NCBI GenBank assembly: GCA_963804165.1
Contig: CAWDPO010000045.1
Span: 1-64,000, forward strand
Source: an uncultured delta proteobacterium
Lineage (GTDB): Bacteria > Desulfobacterota > Binatia > UBA9968
Reading direction: 5' to 3'
DNA: 64,000 nt
Positions 42,157-50,765 of the stretch are shown here, one piece after another. Under the pieces are notes generated by a model, which saw only the letters and a program-made list of their open reading frames with translations, did no database searches and was not told the DNA's origin. The first letter of the stretch is position 1; each line of letters starts with the position of its first letter. Made by a program: the position numbers and the translations under genes.

Positions 42157-44394
42157 TTACATTCGTCGCTTTTCTCTCAACGCGCTGTAAATTGTTTCCG
42201 CCTTCACCGGCAGCTCGAACAGACGCACGCCGATCGCGTCGGCGATGGCGTTGGCAATCGCCGCCGGCGGCGCGTTGTTGGCGAACTCGCCAATCGGCTT
42301 GGCGTTGTGCGGGCCGACGCCGCCTGCCGACGCCACCAACACGGTTTTCAATTCGAACAGATCGGCGATTGACGGCAGCTTGTAATCACCGAGATTACTA
42401 TTCGTTACCCGGCCTTGATCGATGACAATCTCTTCCATCAACCCCTGGCCGACGCCCATCACCGCGGCGCCGTCGATCTGGCCTTGGTGCGCCGTCGGGT
42501 TGATAATCGTGCCGACATCATGCGCGGTGACCATGCGATGCAGTTTCACCGCGCCGGTCTCCGGATCGACTTCGACTTCGGCGACTTGAGCGCAGATGTA
42601 AGAAAACTCGTCGGGTGCGCGATAGTCTTCATAGACGGTGACTTGCAGCGGCTCCGTCGCTTGAGCGATGACACGGCGCAGCGCCACTTGTTGCCCGGGA
42701 TCTTGGCGTAGCGAAAACTTGTCGCCGTCGAAGTCAATTTCAACCGCGCGGCATTCCAGCATGCGCGCCGCTTGGTCGAGTAATTTGTCGCGCAGCTGGT
42801 CGCAGGCTTTGACCATGGCGTTGCCCGCAACATAGGTCATGCGGCTGGCGCGCATGCCGCCATCGCGGGGCGCCGTGTCGGTGTCGCCGATGACGACGTG
42901 AACGTGATCGATAGCGGCTTTGATTCGATCGGCGACTAGTTGGCGCAAGATGGTATGCGTGCCCGAGCCTTGATCGATGCTCGGGCTGATAATTAAATAA
43001 CTGCCATCTGCCTCGGCGGTGAGAATCACGCCGGTGTCGCCACCGCTAATATGGCGGCCCGAGAGCGCGATGCCGCGGCCATGATTGCGCTTCTTCGGTT
43101 TTTTCCAATCAGCGGCATCGAGCGCACCTTGCAACACCTCGCGAAAACGCACGTCCTTCAATTCTTGACCGACAGCGTCGGTTTCGCCTTCGCTGAGAAA
43201 ATTCTTTAGGCGAAACTCCGCGGGGTCCATTTTCAACTCCTTGGCGATAATATCGGTGTGGCAATCCACCGCGAACGCCGTGGCCACCGCGCCGGGGCTG
43301 CGATAGTAACCGCCGGGAACCGTGTTGGTGTAAATCTGCATGAACTCAACGTCTGCGTGTTCGATGCGATACTGGCCGCCGGCATAGTGCCAAGTCGCCA
43401 GCGAAGTATTGGATTTGAGCGCGCCGTAGCCGCCACTGGCGTGCAGCGCCCGCATTTTGCGCGCGACGATCGTGCCATCGCGCTTTACGCCGCTTTTGAT
43501 CGTGATCACCGTCGGATGCGCCGGATTGCTCGCCGAGAGTTCCTCGGCATAGCTCATGACGATCTTTACCGGCCGGCCGGTCTTTTGCGCGAGAAAATAA
43601 AGTACCGGGAGATCGACGCCGTCGCCCTTGCCACCGAATTCGCCGCCGACGTTAACGGGATTCATGCGGATGCGCTCCTCGGGAATCGATAAACATTTCG
43701 AAAGTTGGCTGCGCACACCGAAGGGATTCTTAACCGACGCCCAGACTTGAATGCGCCCATCGGCTTCGATGGCGACCGTCGCCGCATGCGGTTCGAGGTA
43801 GCCTTGATGCCGCGCGGGAATGTTAAAAGTATGCTCCAATACCAGATCCGCTTCGTGAAAACCTTTTTCCACGTCGCCCTTTTTCCATGAGAGCCGCGTC
43901 AGACCGTTATGCAGATCGGCGGCGAGAATATTCTTTGGCGCGCCGTCATAATCCGCCACGTTGTCATGAAGCTTCGGCGCCGACGACGCCATCGCTTCGA
44001 GCGGATCGAACACAGCCGCCAGCGCTTCGTAGTCGACGTCGATCAGATGAATCGCTTCTTCCGCGGCGTCGATCGTCTCCGCCGCCACGGCTGCAACCCG
44101 ATCGCCGACGAAACGAACCTTCTCCCAACACAAAACCGGCATGTCGCGAATCTGCTTGCCAATCAGGAAGCCTTTGACTTCCTCTCCGGTGATGATCGCC
44201 TTCACTCCAGGAACTTTTTTCGCCTGGGAGGTATCGATGCGCCGAATGAGCGCATGCGGATGCGGACTGCGCAGGATTTTTGCCCATAGCAAGCCGGCAA
44301 GCTTCACGTCTGCGGCATAAACCGTTTGGCCGCTCACTTTGTCGCTACCTTCAGCACGCGGCACCGCGGTGCCTACTGTTTTTACTTCGTTCAT
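42157..44394 (-). CDS. Xanthine dehydrogenase family molybdopterin-binding subunit
   Basis: GGEFGGK, YRSPG, DQGSG, AHDVG.IINP, KPIGE. Confidence 0.92.
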   Translation of the reverse strand: MNEVKTVGTAVPRAEGSDKVSGQTVYAADVKLAGLLWAKILRSPHPHALIRRIDTSQAKKVPGVKAIITGEEVKGFLIGKQIRDMPVLCWEKVRFVGDRVAAVAAETIDAAEEAIHLIDVDYEALAAVFDPLEAMASSAPKLHDNVADYDGAPKNILAADLHNGLTRLSWKKGDVEKGFHEADLVLEHTFNIPARHQGYLEPHAATVAIEADGRIQVWASVKNPFGVRSQLSKCLSIPEERIRMNPVNVGGEFGGKGDGVDLPVLYFLAQKTGRPVKIVMSYAEELSASNPAHPTVITIKSGVKRDGTIVARKMRALHASGGYGALKSNTSLATWHYAGGQYRIEHADVEFMQIYTNTVPGGYYRSPGAVATAFAVDCHTDIIAKELKMDPAEFRLKNFLSEGETDAVGQELKDVRFREVLQGALDAADWKKPKKRNHGRGIALSGRHISGGDTGVILTAEADGSYLIISPSIDQGSGTHTILRQLVADRIKAAIDHVHVVIGDTDTAPRDGGMRASRMTYVAGNAMVKACDQLRDKLLDQAARMLECRAVEIDFDGDKFSLRQDPGQQVALRRVIAQATEPLQVTVYEDYRAPDEFSYICAQVAEVEVDPETGAVKLHRMVTAHDVGTIINPTAHQGQIDGAAVMGVGQGLMEEIVIDQGRVTNSNLGDYKLPSIADLFELKTVLVASAGGVGPHNAKPIGEFANNAPPAAIANAIADAIGVRLFELPVKAETIYSALREKRRM

Positions 44395-44554
44395 ATCGTT
44401 ACGTCCTTTGTCGTTTGCAAATTTGCAATCTGGCGGGCAAATCAAATTGTGTAAATGTTCGGCTATTAATACGCCGGAGCGCCTAACGTCAAGGCCGGCG
44501 TTGAGCAGGGAATGACTCAAATTGAAACCAGATCCTTCACGGAGTTTATCCTGA

Positions 44555-46153
44555 GAGCCTGTGAAAAAATATCCAAATAACGGCCGCTTCTACACTGGCG
44601 CGAGCCGAGTGCAGGGTTTTAGAAAAATCGTCGTTGCCGGCGGCGCAATTGTCCTCCACCGAGTACAACGCGAGACTGGGAGGCGTGGTGCTCGCAGTGG
44701 TGTTTTGCGTCTGTGCGCTGGTTTTTGCCAAGAGGTGTTACGCCGGTTGGATGAGCGTCACTGCCCGCATCAAGTTGTGCGCGAGGGCGTACCACAACGA
44801 CACCGCTTTGACCTTGTTAAGCCCGCGCACCAAAAACTGGCTAAGCCCGCGGCCGCGCGCAATGGCGTTCACACATTCAGCGGTGGCGGCGCGTTGCTTG
44901 TAAATCTCCTTAGCCGCCTCAGTGCCCATGCGCTGGCGCCACTGGGCAAGCGCCTGGCTGTCATCGGGCAGCGGCACATACGGATCACGGCTGGAGTTTC
45001 TAGGGCGGCGCACTGGAGCATAGACGATAGTGCCCCCTCTGTGGGCATCTTCAATGTCAGCATCGTTGGCAAAACCACCGTCGACCAACCACTCGGCGGG
45101 ACGTTGTTTATAGCGCCGTTGGACTTGCTCGAGCATCGGGGAAAGCTGGCCCCCATCGCTGCCGCAGCTGTTTACTTCGACTCCGACAATGATCTGGCTT
45201 TGGGGAGTGCTCGCCAACTGCACGTTGTAGGCAGGGCGAAAACCGCCGTCCGCCATCTTCATCACTCGCGCCTGAGCATCGGTGCTCGATGCCCTCGGCT
45301 CGCTGCGCTTTCGGTATTGCTCCTCGCTCTCGTTCTCTTTTTTCTCCCCCTTTTTCTTGTTCTTTTGCTTCTCGACCTCAGCCAATTGCTCCAGCGCTTG
45401 GGCCAAGCGCGCTTCACGTTCCTTGCTCGCTCGCTCCCGGGCCGCGCACCGACGCCGGTTGCTAACATGAGGATCGGCATCGATTTCGTCCTTGAGCGCT
45501 TGGACTTGCGCTCGCGCTTGCTTAAGACACAACTCCAATGTCGAGCGGCGGCGAAAAGATCCCGCCCCCGCACTGGCACGCACCCGTATCCCGTCCTGCG
45601 CCACGCACTCCAGCCGCACCAAACCCTTATTGACCAACACCGCGACACTTTCGCTGAGCAGCTCGTCGAGCACATCTACCCGGGCGCAGCGGAAATCCGA
45701 CAACGTGTGGTGGTTCACATTTACCCCACCACAGATCCATCGATACGCGTCGTGCGTCTCGCTCAATCGTTCGATTTCCCGCGCGCTCCCCACTGCATCC
45801 ACCGTCGCGTACAGCCACAGCGCCATCAGAATCTTAGGGTCAATGGCTGCTCGACCCGCCCGACCTTCTACCGAGCCGATCTCGGCATACAGCGCCGACA
45901 AATCCAGTCTCTCCACGAATGCCCACACGTTGCGCACCGCATGCTCCGGCCCTACCGTGGCCTCAAGGTCCACCGGCCGAAGCGCAATCTGATCACGCTG
46001 CGCTGTCAACACCCTCGGCGCTCCACTCGGGGGTGGCCTCTCGGACCGAGCCGCACTACTCTCTGGCATACACGGAAAAATAAAAACTTGTTCATCCATG
46101 AATCGACAATCTCATACGAGCGCTTGCTTGGCGAGTGATTTTTTCACAGGCTC
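44555..46153 (-). mobile_element. IS1182-family insertion sequence (1599 bp)
   Basis: Perfect 16-bp TIRs GAGCCTGTGAAAAAAT (44555-44570) / ATTTTTTCACAGGCTC (46138-46153); TGA duplicated on both flanks. Confidence 0.88.
44738..46099 (-). CDS. IS1182-family DDE transposase
   Basis: DP..L.ALWLYA..GSAREIERL..AYRWICG..HHTLSDFR; QDG, PAYNVQ, VDGGF, R...AECVNA. Confidence 0.9.
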   Translation of the reverse strand: MDEQVFIFPCMPESSAARSERPPPSGAPRVLTAQRDQIALRPVDLEATVGPEHAVRNVWAFVERLDLSALYAEIGSVEGRAGRAAIDPKILMALWLYATVDAVGSAREIERLSETHDAYRWICGGVNVNHHTLSDFRCARVDVLDELLSESVAVLVNKGLVRLECVAQDGIRVRASAGAGSFRRRSTLELCLKQARAQVQALKDEIDADPHVSNRRRCAARERASKEREARLAQALEQLAEVEKQKNKKKGEKKENESEEQYRKRSEPRASSTDAQARVMKMADGGFRPAYNVQLASTPQSQIIVGVEVNSCGSDGGQLSPMLEQVQRRYKQRPAEWLVDGGFANDADIEDAHRGGTIVYAPVRRPRNSSRDPYVPLPDDSQALAQWRQRMGTEAAKEIYKQRAATAECVNAIARGRGLSQFLVRGLNKVKAVSLWYALAHNLMRAVTLIQPA

Positions 46154-46205
46154 TGAGCACAACCGAAGGATTCAGGATGACAACTTCAATTGTCATTCTG
46201 AGCAG

Positions 46206-46381
46206 CAGACTGTATGAGAACTCTCGCGGAGCCCTTCGACGGTGCTCAGGGCGAACGGATAAGTACTCAATTTTTAATGAGACCACGCCGTTCGTGGTGA
46301 GTAGCTTGTCCTGAGCCCTTCGGCTTCGCTCAGGATAAACTCCGTCGAAGGAAACCATGAATGGTGTTTTCACACAGTCTG
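46206..46381. mobile_element. 176-bp MITE with IS1182-like ends
   Basis: TIRs CAGACTGTATGAGAA / TTTTCACACAGTCTG (13/15); GCAG target duplication (46202-46205, 46382-46385). Confidence 0.7.
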
Positions 46382-46503
46382 GCAGAGCGAAGAATCCTTC
46401 CTGCTGCAACTTTGTGAAGCGCCCCGCACTGTCCACTAATATGAGTCACTACCGATTAATTTCGAGTGTCGATCATTCCGTAATCCTCTGCTAAGCTATC
46501 GGT

Positions 46504-46947
46504 ATGAGTTGGCAAGACAACCTTATCGAGACTCCTCAGCAGATTCGCGATTTGATCGAGCACACCAAGCGCATCGCGGTGCTCGGCATCAAAACCGAAG
46601 CGCAAGCCGATCAACCCTCGGTCTATGTGCCGATGTATCTGCAGAAGGCGGGTTTCGAAATTATTCCCGTGCCGGTCTATTACCCGGAGGCCACGGTGAT
46701 TCTCGGTGAAAAAGTCTATCGCAAGTTAATCGATATTCCCGGCGACATCGACATGATCGATGTCTTTCGCCGCTCCCACGATGTCGCCGGTCACGTCGAC
46801 GACGTCCTCGCGAAGAAACCGAATTCAGTTTGGCTCCAATCGGGCATCCGCAACGACGCCGCGGCGGAGCTCTTCGCCAAAGCCGGCATCAAGGTCGTGC
46901 AAGATCGCTGACTGATGGTCGATCACCGGCGGTCCGCCGGTAAATAA
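46504..46947 (+). CDS. CoA-binding protein (YccU-like), candidate selenoprotein with UGA at 46909-46911
   Basis: IAVLG, IPV, DVFRRS, VWLQSG, VVQDR-UGA-LMVDHRRSAGK*; SECIS-like hairpin downstream. The family call is firm; readthrough is inferred. Confidence 0.8.
46925..46941 (+). promoter_or_regulatory. Candidate bacterial SECIS element
   Basis: ACCGGCG-GTC-CGCCGGT stem-loop; the G-starting loop lies about 20 nt after the UGA. Confidence 0.6.
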
Positions 46948-46973
46948 ATTGTAGGAGCGACCGGCCGGTCGCC

Positions 46974-47837
46974 CTACGCAGCCAACCGCTGCGCTTTCAG
47001 TTGCCGCGCGATGAACGCTTTGATCCTTTCATAAGCACGGTCCGTCTGTGGACTCGGCTTGGCAACCCATCGATGCTCGGCGCCTTGGAACACCTCGAAT
47101 TCGCATTCGCCGCCGGCCGCCTTGTAAGTGGCGGCGAAGCGCTCTTGTACTGCAGGCAAAACATTGTCATCCAGTTCGCCCTGCAGGATATACATCGGCG
47201 GTAATGAAACCTTTTCGCCGCGCTCGAGGATCTTCTGTGGATTGCCTTCGTGGATGGTCTCCCAGGGATTAAAATAAGTTTTGCTGTTCTGGATCATCTC
47301 TTGCCACTGCCTCCGTTCCGCTTGCTGGAAGCGAGCGAATGGGTCGCTAACCGGTGAGCGCACCACGAGGTAGGGCAAAGTCGCGTCGACATTGGGCGCC
47401 TCCGGCAAAGCGTGCGCGTTATAGCGCGGATCGTGCGGGCGCATGGCGCATAATTCAATTTCGTGACCGCCGCTCGAGCTGCCCAGTGCGGCGACGGTAG
47501 CCGGATCGCCGTTCCATTCTCGCGCCTTCGCTTTGAGCCAACGAACGCCATAGTTGGCGTCCTGTACCGAAGCCGGATAAGGCGCTTCCGGCGCGCGGGT
47601 CAGGTCGATGGCGACGACTAAAATACCGCTCCGCGCCAGACTTTCATCCATCGGCGCATTGGCGGTGCGGTCTTGATTGTTCCAGGCGCCGCCGTGCAGG
47701 TCCAACAACACCGGAAACGGCCCATCGCCCTGCGGCTGATAGACCAGCGCCATCAGCTGCCGCGCCGGCGCGCGACGAAACTCAGTATCCCAAACCTTGA
47801 TTTCAAATCGGCCCAACGGATCGTATGCAATTGTCAT
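46974..47837 (-). CDS. Alpha/beta hydrolase (HSL-like esterase fold)
   Basis: HGGAW, GSSSGG, D and H of the catalytic triad. Confidence 0.88.
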   Translation of the reverse strand: MTIAYDPLGRFEIKVWDTEFRRAPARQLMALVYQPQGDGPFPVLLDLHGGAWNNQDRTANAPMDESLARSGILVVAIDLTRAPEAPYPASVQDANYGVRWLKAKAREWNGDPATVAALGSSSGGHEIELCAMRPHDPRYNAHALPEAPNVDATLPYLVVRSPVSDPFARFQQAERRQWQEMIQNSKTYFNPWETIHEGNPQKILERGEKVSLPPMYILQGELDDNVLPAVQERFAATYKAAGGECEFEVFQGAEHRWVAKPSPQTDRAYERIKAFIARQLKAQRLAA

Positions 47838-47878
47838 TTTACTTTTCTCCTTTGGTTAAAGAGCTGTAGGCGCTTCGC

Positions 47879-48742
47879 TCACGCCGCCAGGCGCTTCGCT
47901 TTCAATTGCCGCGCGATAAACGCCTTCACCATTTCATGGGCGCGATCGGTTTGCGGACCAGGCCCACGCACCCATAGGTGTTCGCAGCCGGCGAAGACTT
48001 CATATTGACACTCCCCGCCGGCGGCTCGATAGGACGCGGCGAATTTTTCCTGCACTGCCGGACGAACATTGTCGTCGAGCTCGCCTTGCATGATCAGCAG
48101 CGGCACCAACGTCACTTTTTCGCTGCGATCGAGGATCTCCTGCGGGTTGCCGTCGTGGATGGTATCCCAAGGATTGAAGTAGTTCTTGCTGTTTTGCACC
48201 ATCTCGTGGCGGCCTAATTTTTCAGCGTTCAAGTAACGGGCGTAAGGATCGCTCACGGGCGAGCGCGTCGCGACGTAATTGAGCGTCGCATCGAGCTGCG
48301 GAGCTTCCGCGAGTTTATGCACGCAATAATAAGGATCGCTCGGCCGCATGGCGCAGAGCTCGATTTCGTGACCGCCGCTCGAGCTGCCGAGCGCACCGAT
48401 CGTGGCCGGATCGCCGTTCCATTCCGCCGCTTTGTACTTCAGCCATCGGACACCATAGTTGGCGTCTTGCACCGATGCGGGATAGGGCGCCTCTGGCGCG
48501 CGAGTCAAGTCGATCGCCACGACGAGCACACCGCTTCGGGCCAAACTCTCGTCCATCATGGCGTTGGCGCTGCGGTCCTGGTTGTTCCAGGCGCCACCGT
48601 GTAAATCCAACAGCACGGGGAACGGTCCACCGCCTTGCGGTTGATAGACTCGCGCCATCAGCGTCCGCTTGGGCGCGCGGCGAAACTCGACATCCCAAGC
48701 CTTAAAATCGAAACGAGCTAAAGGATTGTATGCAACGGCCAT
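47879..48742 (-). CDS. Alpha/beta hydrolase, tandem paralog
   Basis: Same motifs, highly similar to 46974-47837. Confidence 0.88.
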   Translation of the reverse strand: MAVAYNPLARFDFKAWDVEFRRAPKRTLMARVYQPQGGGPFPVLLDLHGGAWNNQDRSANAMMDESLARSGVLVVAIDLTRAPEAPYPASVQDANYGVRWLKYKAAEWNGDPATIGALGSSSGGHEIELCAMRPSDPYYCVHKLAEAPQLDATLNYVATRSPVSDPYARYLNAEKLGRHEMVQNSKNYFNPWDTIHDGNPQEILDRSEKVTLVPLLIMQGELDDNVRPAVQEKFAASYRAAGGECQYEVFAGCEHLWVRGPGPQTDRAHEMVKAFIARQLKAKRLAA

Positions 48743-48759
48743 CGGGGTATCCTCCTTCA

Positions 48760-49329
48760 TCAATTAGACGTCGGCGTTTCTCCAACTTTCCAGATGTACA
48801 GCGTGCGTGATTCCGCATAATCCGAACCGTCTTCGGGAGGCTTGACGTATTCGATACGGTTGGGCTTCCAATCGTCGATGTCGAAATCATGAGCGATCAC
48901 GCGCGATCCGGGTTTTAATTGCTGCAGCTTCGGACGCAGTGCGTTGTTAAACCATTTGAACATATAGAGCGTCACCACCGTCGCCTCGGAAATATCGACG
49001 GTCAAGCCGTCCTGGGCGCGGAATTCGACTAGAGTGCTGACGCCTTCTTTCACAGCGTTTTCACGCGCCTTGGCAACCAATTCCGCGTTTAAATCGACGC
49101 CGACGCCGCGGATGCCATACTTCTTCGCCGCTTCGATGACGACGCGCCCATCGCCGCTGCCCATGTCATACAAAATATCGCCGTTTTTGATCTCGGCAAC
49201 TTCGAGCATTTTGTGAACGACATGCATCGGCGACGGCACGAAAGGGATAGTGTCCTGCGCGAAAGTCACGCGGCAGAAGGTCGCCATCAGCGCGCTGAGA
49301 AGTAAAACCCTGGTGCAGCCCTTTACCAT
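48760..49329 (-). CDS. Class I SAM-dependent methyltransferase with signal peptide
   Basis: PFVPSP, YDMGSGDGR, LKPGSRVIAHDF. Confidence 0.88.
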   Translation of the reverse strand: MVKGCTRVLLLSALMATFCRVTFAQDTIPFVPSPMHVVHKMLEVAEIKNGDILYDMGSGDGRVVIEAAKKYGIRGVGVDLNAELVAKARENAVKEGVSTLVEFRAQDGLTVDISEATVVTLYMFKWFNNALRPKLQQLKPGSRVIAHDFDIDDWKPNRIEYVKPPEDGSDYAESRTLYIWKVGETPTSN

Positions 49330-49495
49330 GAATTCCCCCGTCGTTAGTTCGATTCGACCAGCCAAGCGACCGAATCTTATCCCTCCCACGGAGGTTGTTG
49401 TCAATGGCAAGGATCGAGATTCGCCGTGAATCTCGTGACAGATTTCGCGCGCTCTGTGCAAATGCGCTTTGGTATGGTAGTAGCAGCCGAGCATC

Positions 49496-50533
49496 ATGTT
49501 GAAAAGAATCTGCCTAAGAGCGCGCGCACTGCGAAGGTTGTTGTCAAGTGGTTGGGTCCTTGCTTTTGCATTGTTCGGCGACATCGCCGTCGCCGCCGGT
49601 CCGGTGTTGATCGCCTACGGCGGCTTCAACGAAACCATGGCGCCGATGTGGGTGGGGGTGGAGAAGGGCCTCTTTAGAAAATACGGCGTCGACGCACGCG
49701 TGCTGCAGACGCGCAGCGGTCAGATCATGATGGCGACCCTGGCAACCGGTGGCGCGTCGTTGGTATGGGCGGCGCCCAGCAGTGCGCTCAATTCGACGGC
49801 AGGCGGCATGAAGGTAGGGTGTTTCGCCGCCGGCAATAACCGGCTGTCGCGCGAGCTGATCGTCCGTAAGGGTATTGAATCTATTGAAGACCTGCGCGGC
49901 AAGTCTTTCGGCGTGCAAAGTATCGGCGGCGGCGGTTGGCTGTCCACCATGGTGTCGCTCGACGCCCTCGGCCTCGACGTCGACAAATACAAGCTTAACA
50001 TGCGAGTGATCGGCGACACCGGCACCCAGACTCAGGCGCTGCTTACCGGCAATATCGATGCCGCGGTTTTGCCATATAGTTACGCGGAGATGGCCAAGCG
50101 CGCCGGCGCCCGATCCTTGGCTGATGTCGGCGCACTGAAAGTCGTCTATCAAGCCACGATCATGTGCTCATTGAAAGATTCCGGTTCCATCACGCTCGAG
50201 ACCCATATCGCTCTGACCAAAGGCTTGATCGAATCCTTGATCTATATTCTCGAGCCCGCCAACAAGCGCGAGGTGGCGGCGATACTCAAAAGAAATCTCC
50301 GCTTGGCCAAAGACGAAGACGGCGAAGCTTCGGCGCGCACGGCACAACTGCAAATGCCCAACATTGAAGTTGGGCTCAACGTCGACTCCTGGAAAACCGT
50401 CCGGCGCCTGGTGGCGCGCATCAATCCCAAAGTTCAAGACGTCGATCTCGATCAGGTGCTTGTCTCATCCGTGATGCAGAACTTGGAAGCCGGCGGATTT
50501 ATGACCGAGATGAGAAAAAGAGTGCCACGATAA
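49496..50533 (+). CDS. ABC transporter substrate-binding protein (NMT1/SsuA-like)
   Basis: Signal peptide, EKGLFRKYG, DLRGK..GV, GNIDAA. Confidence 0.85.
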   Translation: MLKRICLRARALRRLLSSGWVLAFALFGDIAVAAGPVLIAYGGFNETMAPMWVGVEKGLFRKYGVDARVLQTRSGQIMMATLATGGASLVWAAPSSALNSTAGGMKVGCFAAGNNRLSRELIVRKGIESIEDLRGKSFGVQSIGGGGWLSTMVSLDALGLDVDKYKLNMRVIGDTGTQTQALLTGNIDAAVLPYSYAEMAKRAGARSLADVGALKVVYQATIMCSLKDSGSITLETHIALTKGLIESLIYILEPANKREVAAILKRNLRLAKDEDGEASARTAQLQMPNIEVGLNVDSWKTVRRLVARINPKVQDVDLDQVLVSSVMQNLEAGGFMTEMRKRVPR

Positions 50534-50545
50534 GCGGGTAAGTTC

Positions 50546-50678
50546 GCAACACGAAATCCGGAATTCGAAACAATATCGAATGGCAAAAAGACAAAATGTT
50601 CAAACGGGCTCGACTCGGACTTGGGTTTTGAATTTTGGAAATTGTTACGGATTTCGATATTCGGATATCGGATTTTTT
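50546..50678. repeat. 7-8-mer periodic imperfect inverted repeat between genes
   Basis: CGAAATCCGGAATTCGAAACAAT...TTCAAAC / GTTTTGAA...ATTGTTACGGATTTCGATATTCGGATATCGGATTT. Confidence 0.6.
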
Positions 50679-50765
50679 TGACGACATGCGTGGTCCGGAT
50701 GCAGCGCAGCGAAATCTGGAGTTTTTGGCTAACACCTTCAACTACAGCAATAAAGGAGAATAGGC

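Noticed and set aside
44561-46138. 525-aa plus-strand ORF spanning almost the whole IS
   Set aside because: It is antisense and in codon register with the transposase and has no recognisable motifs, which is typical of a GC-rich shadow ORF.
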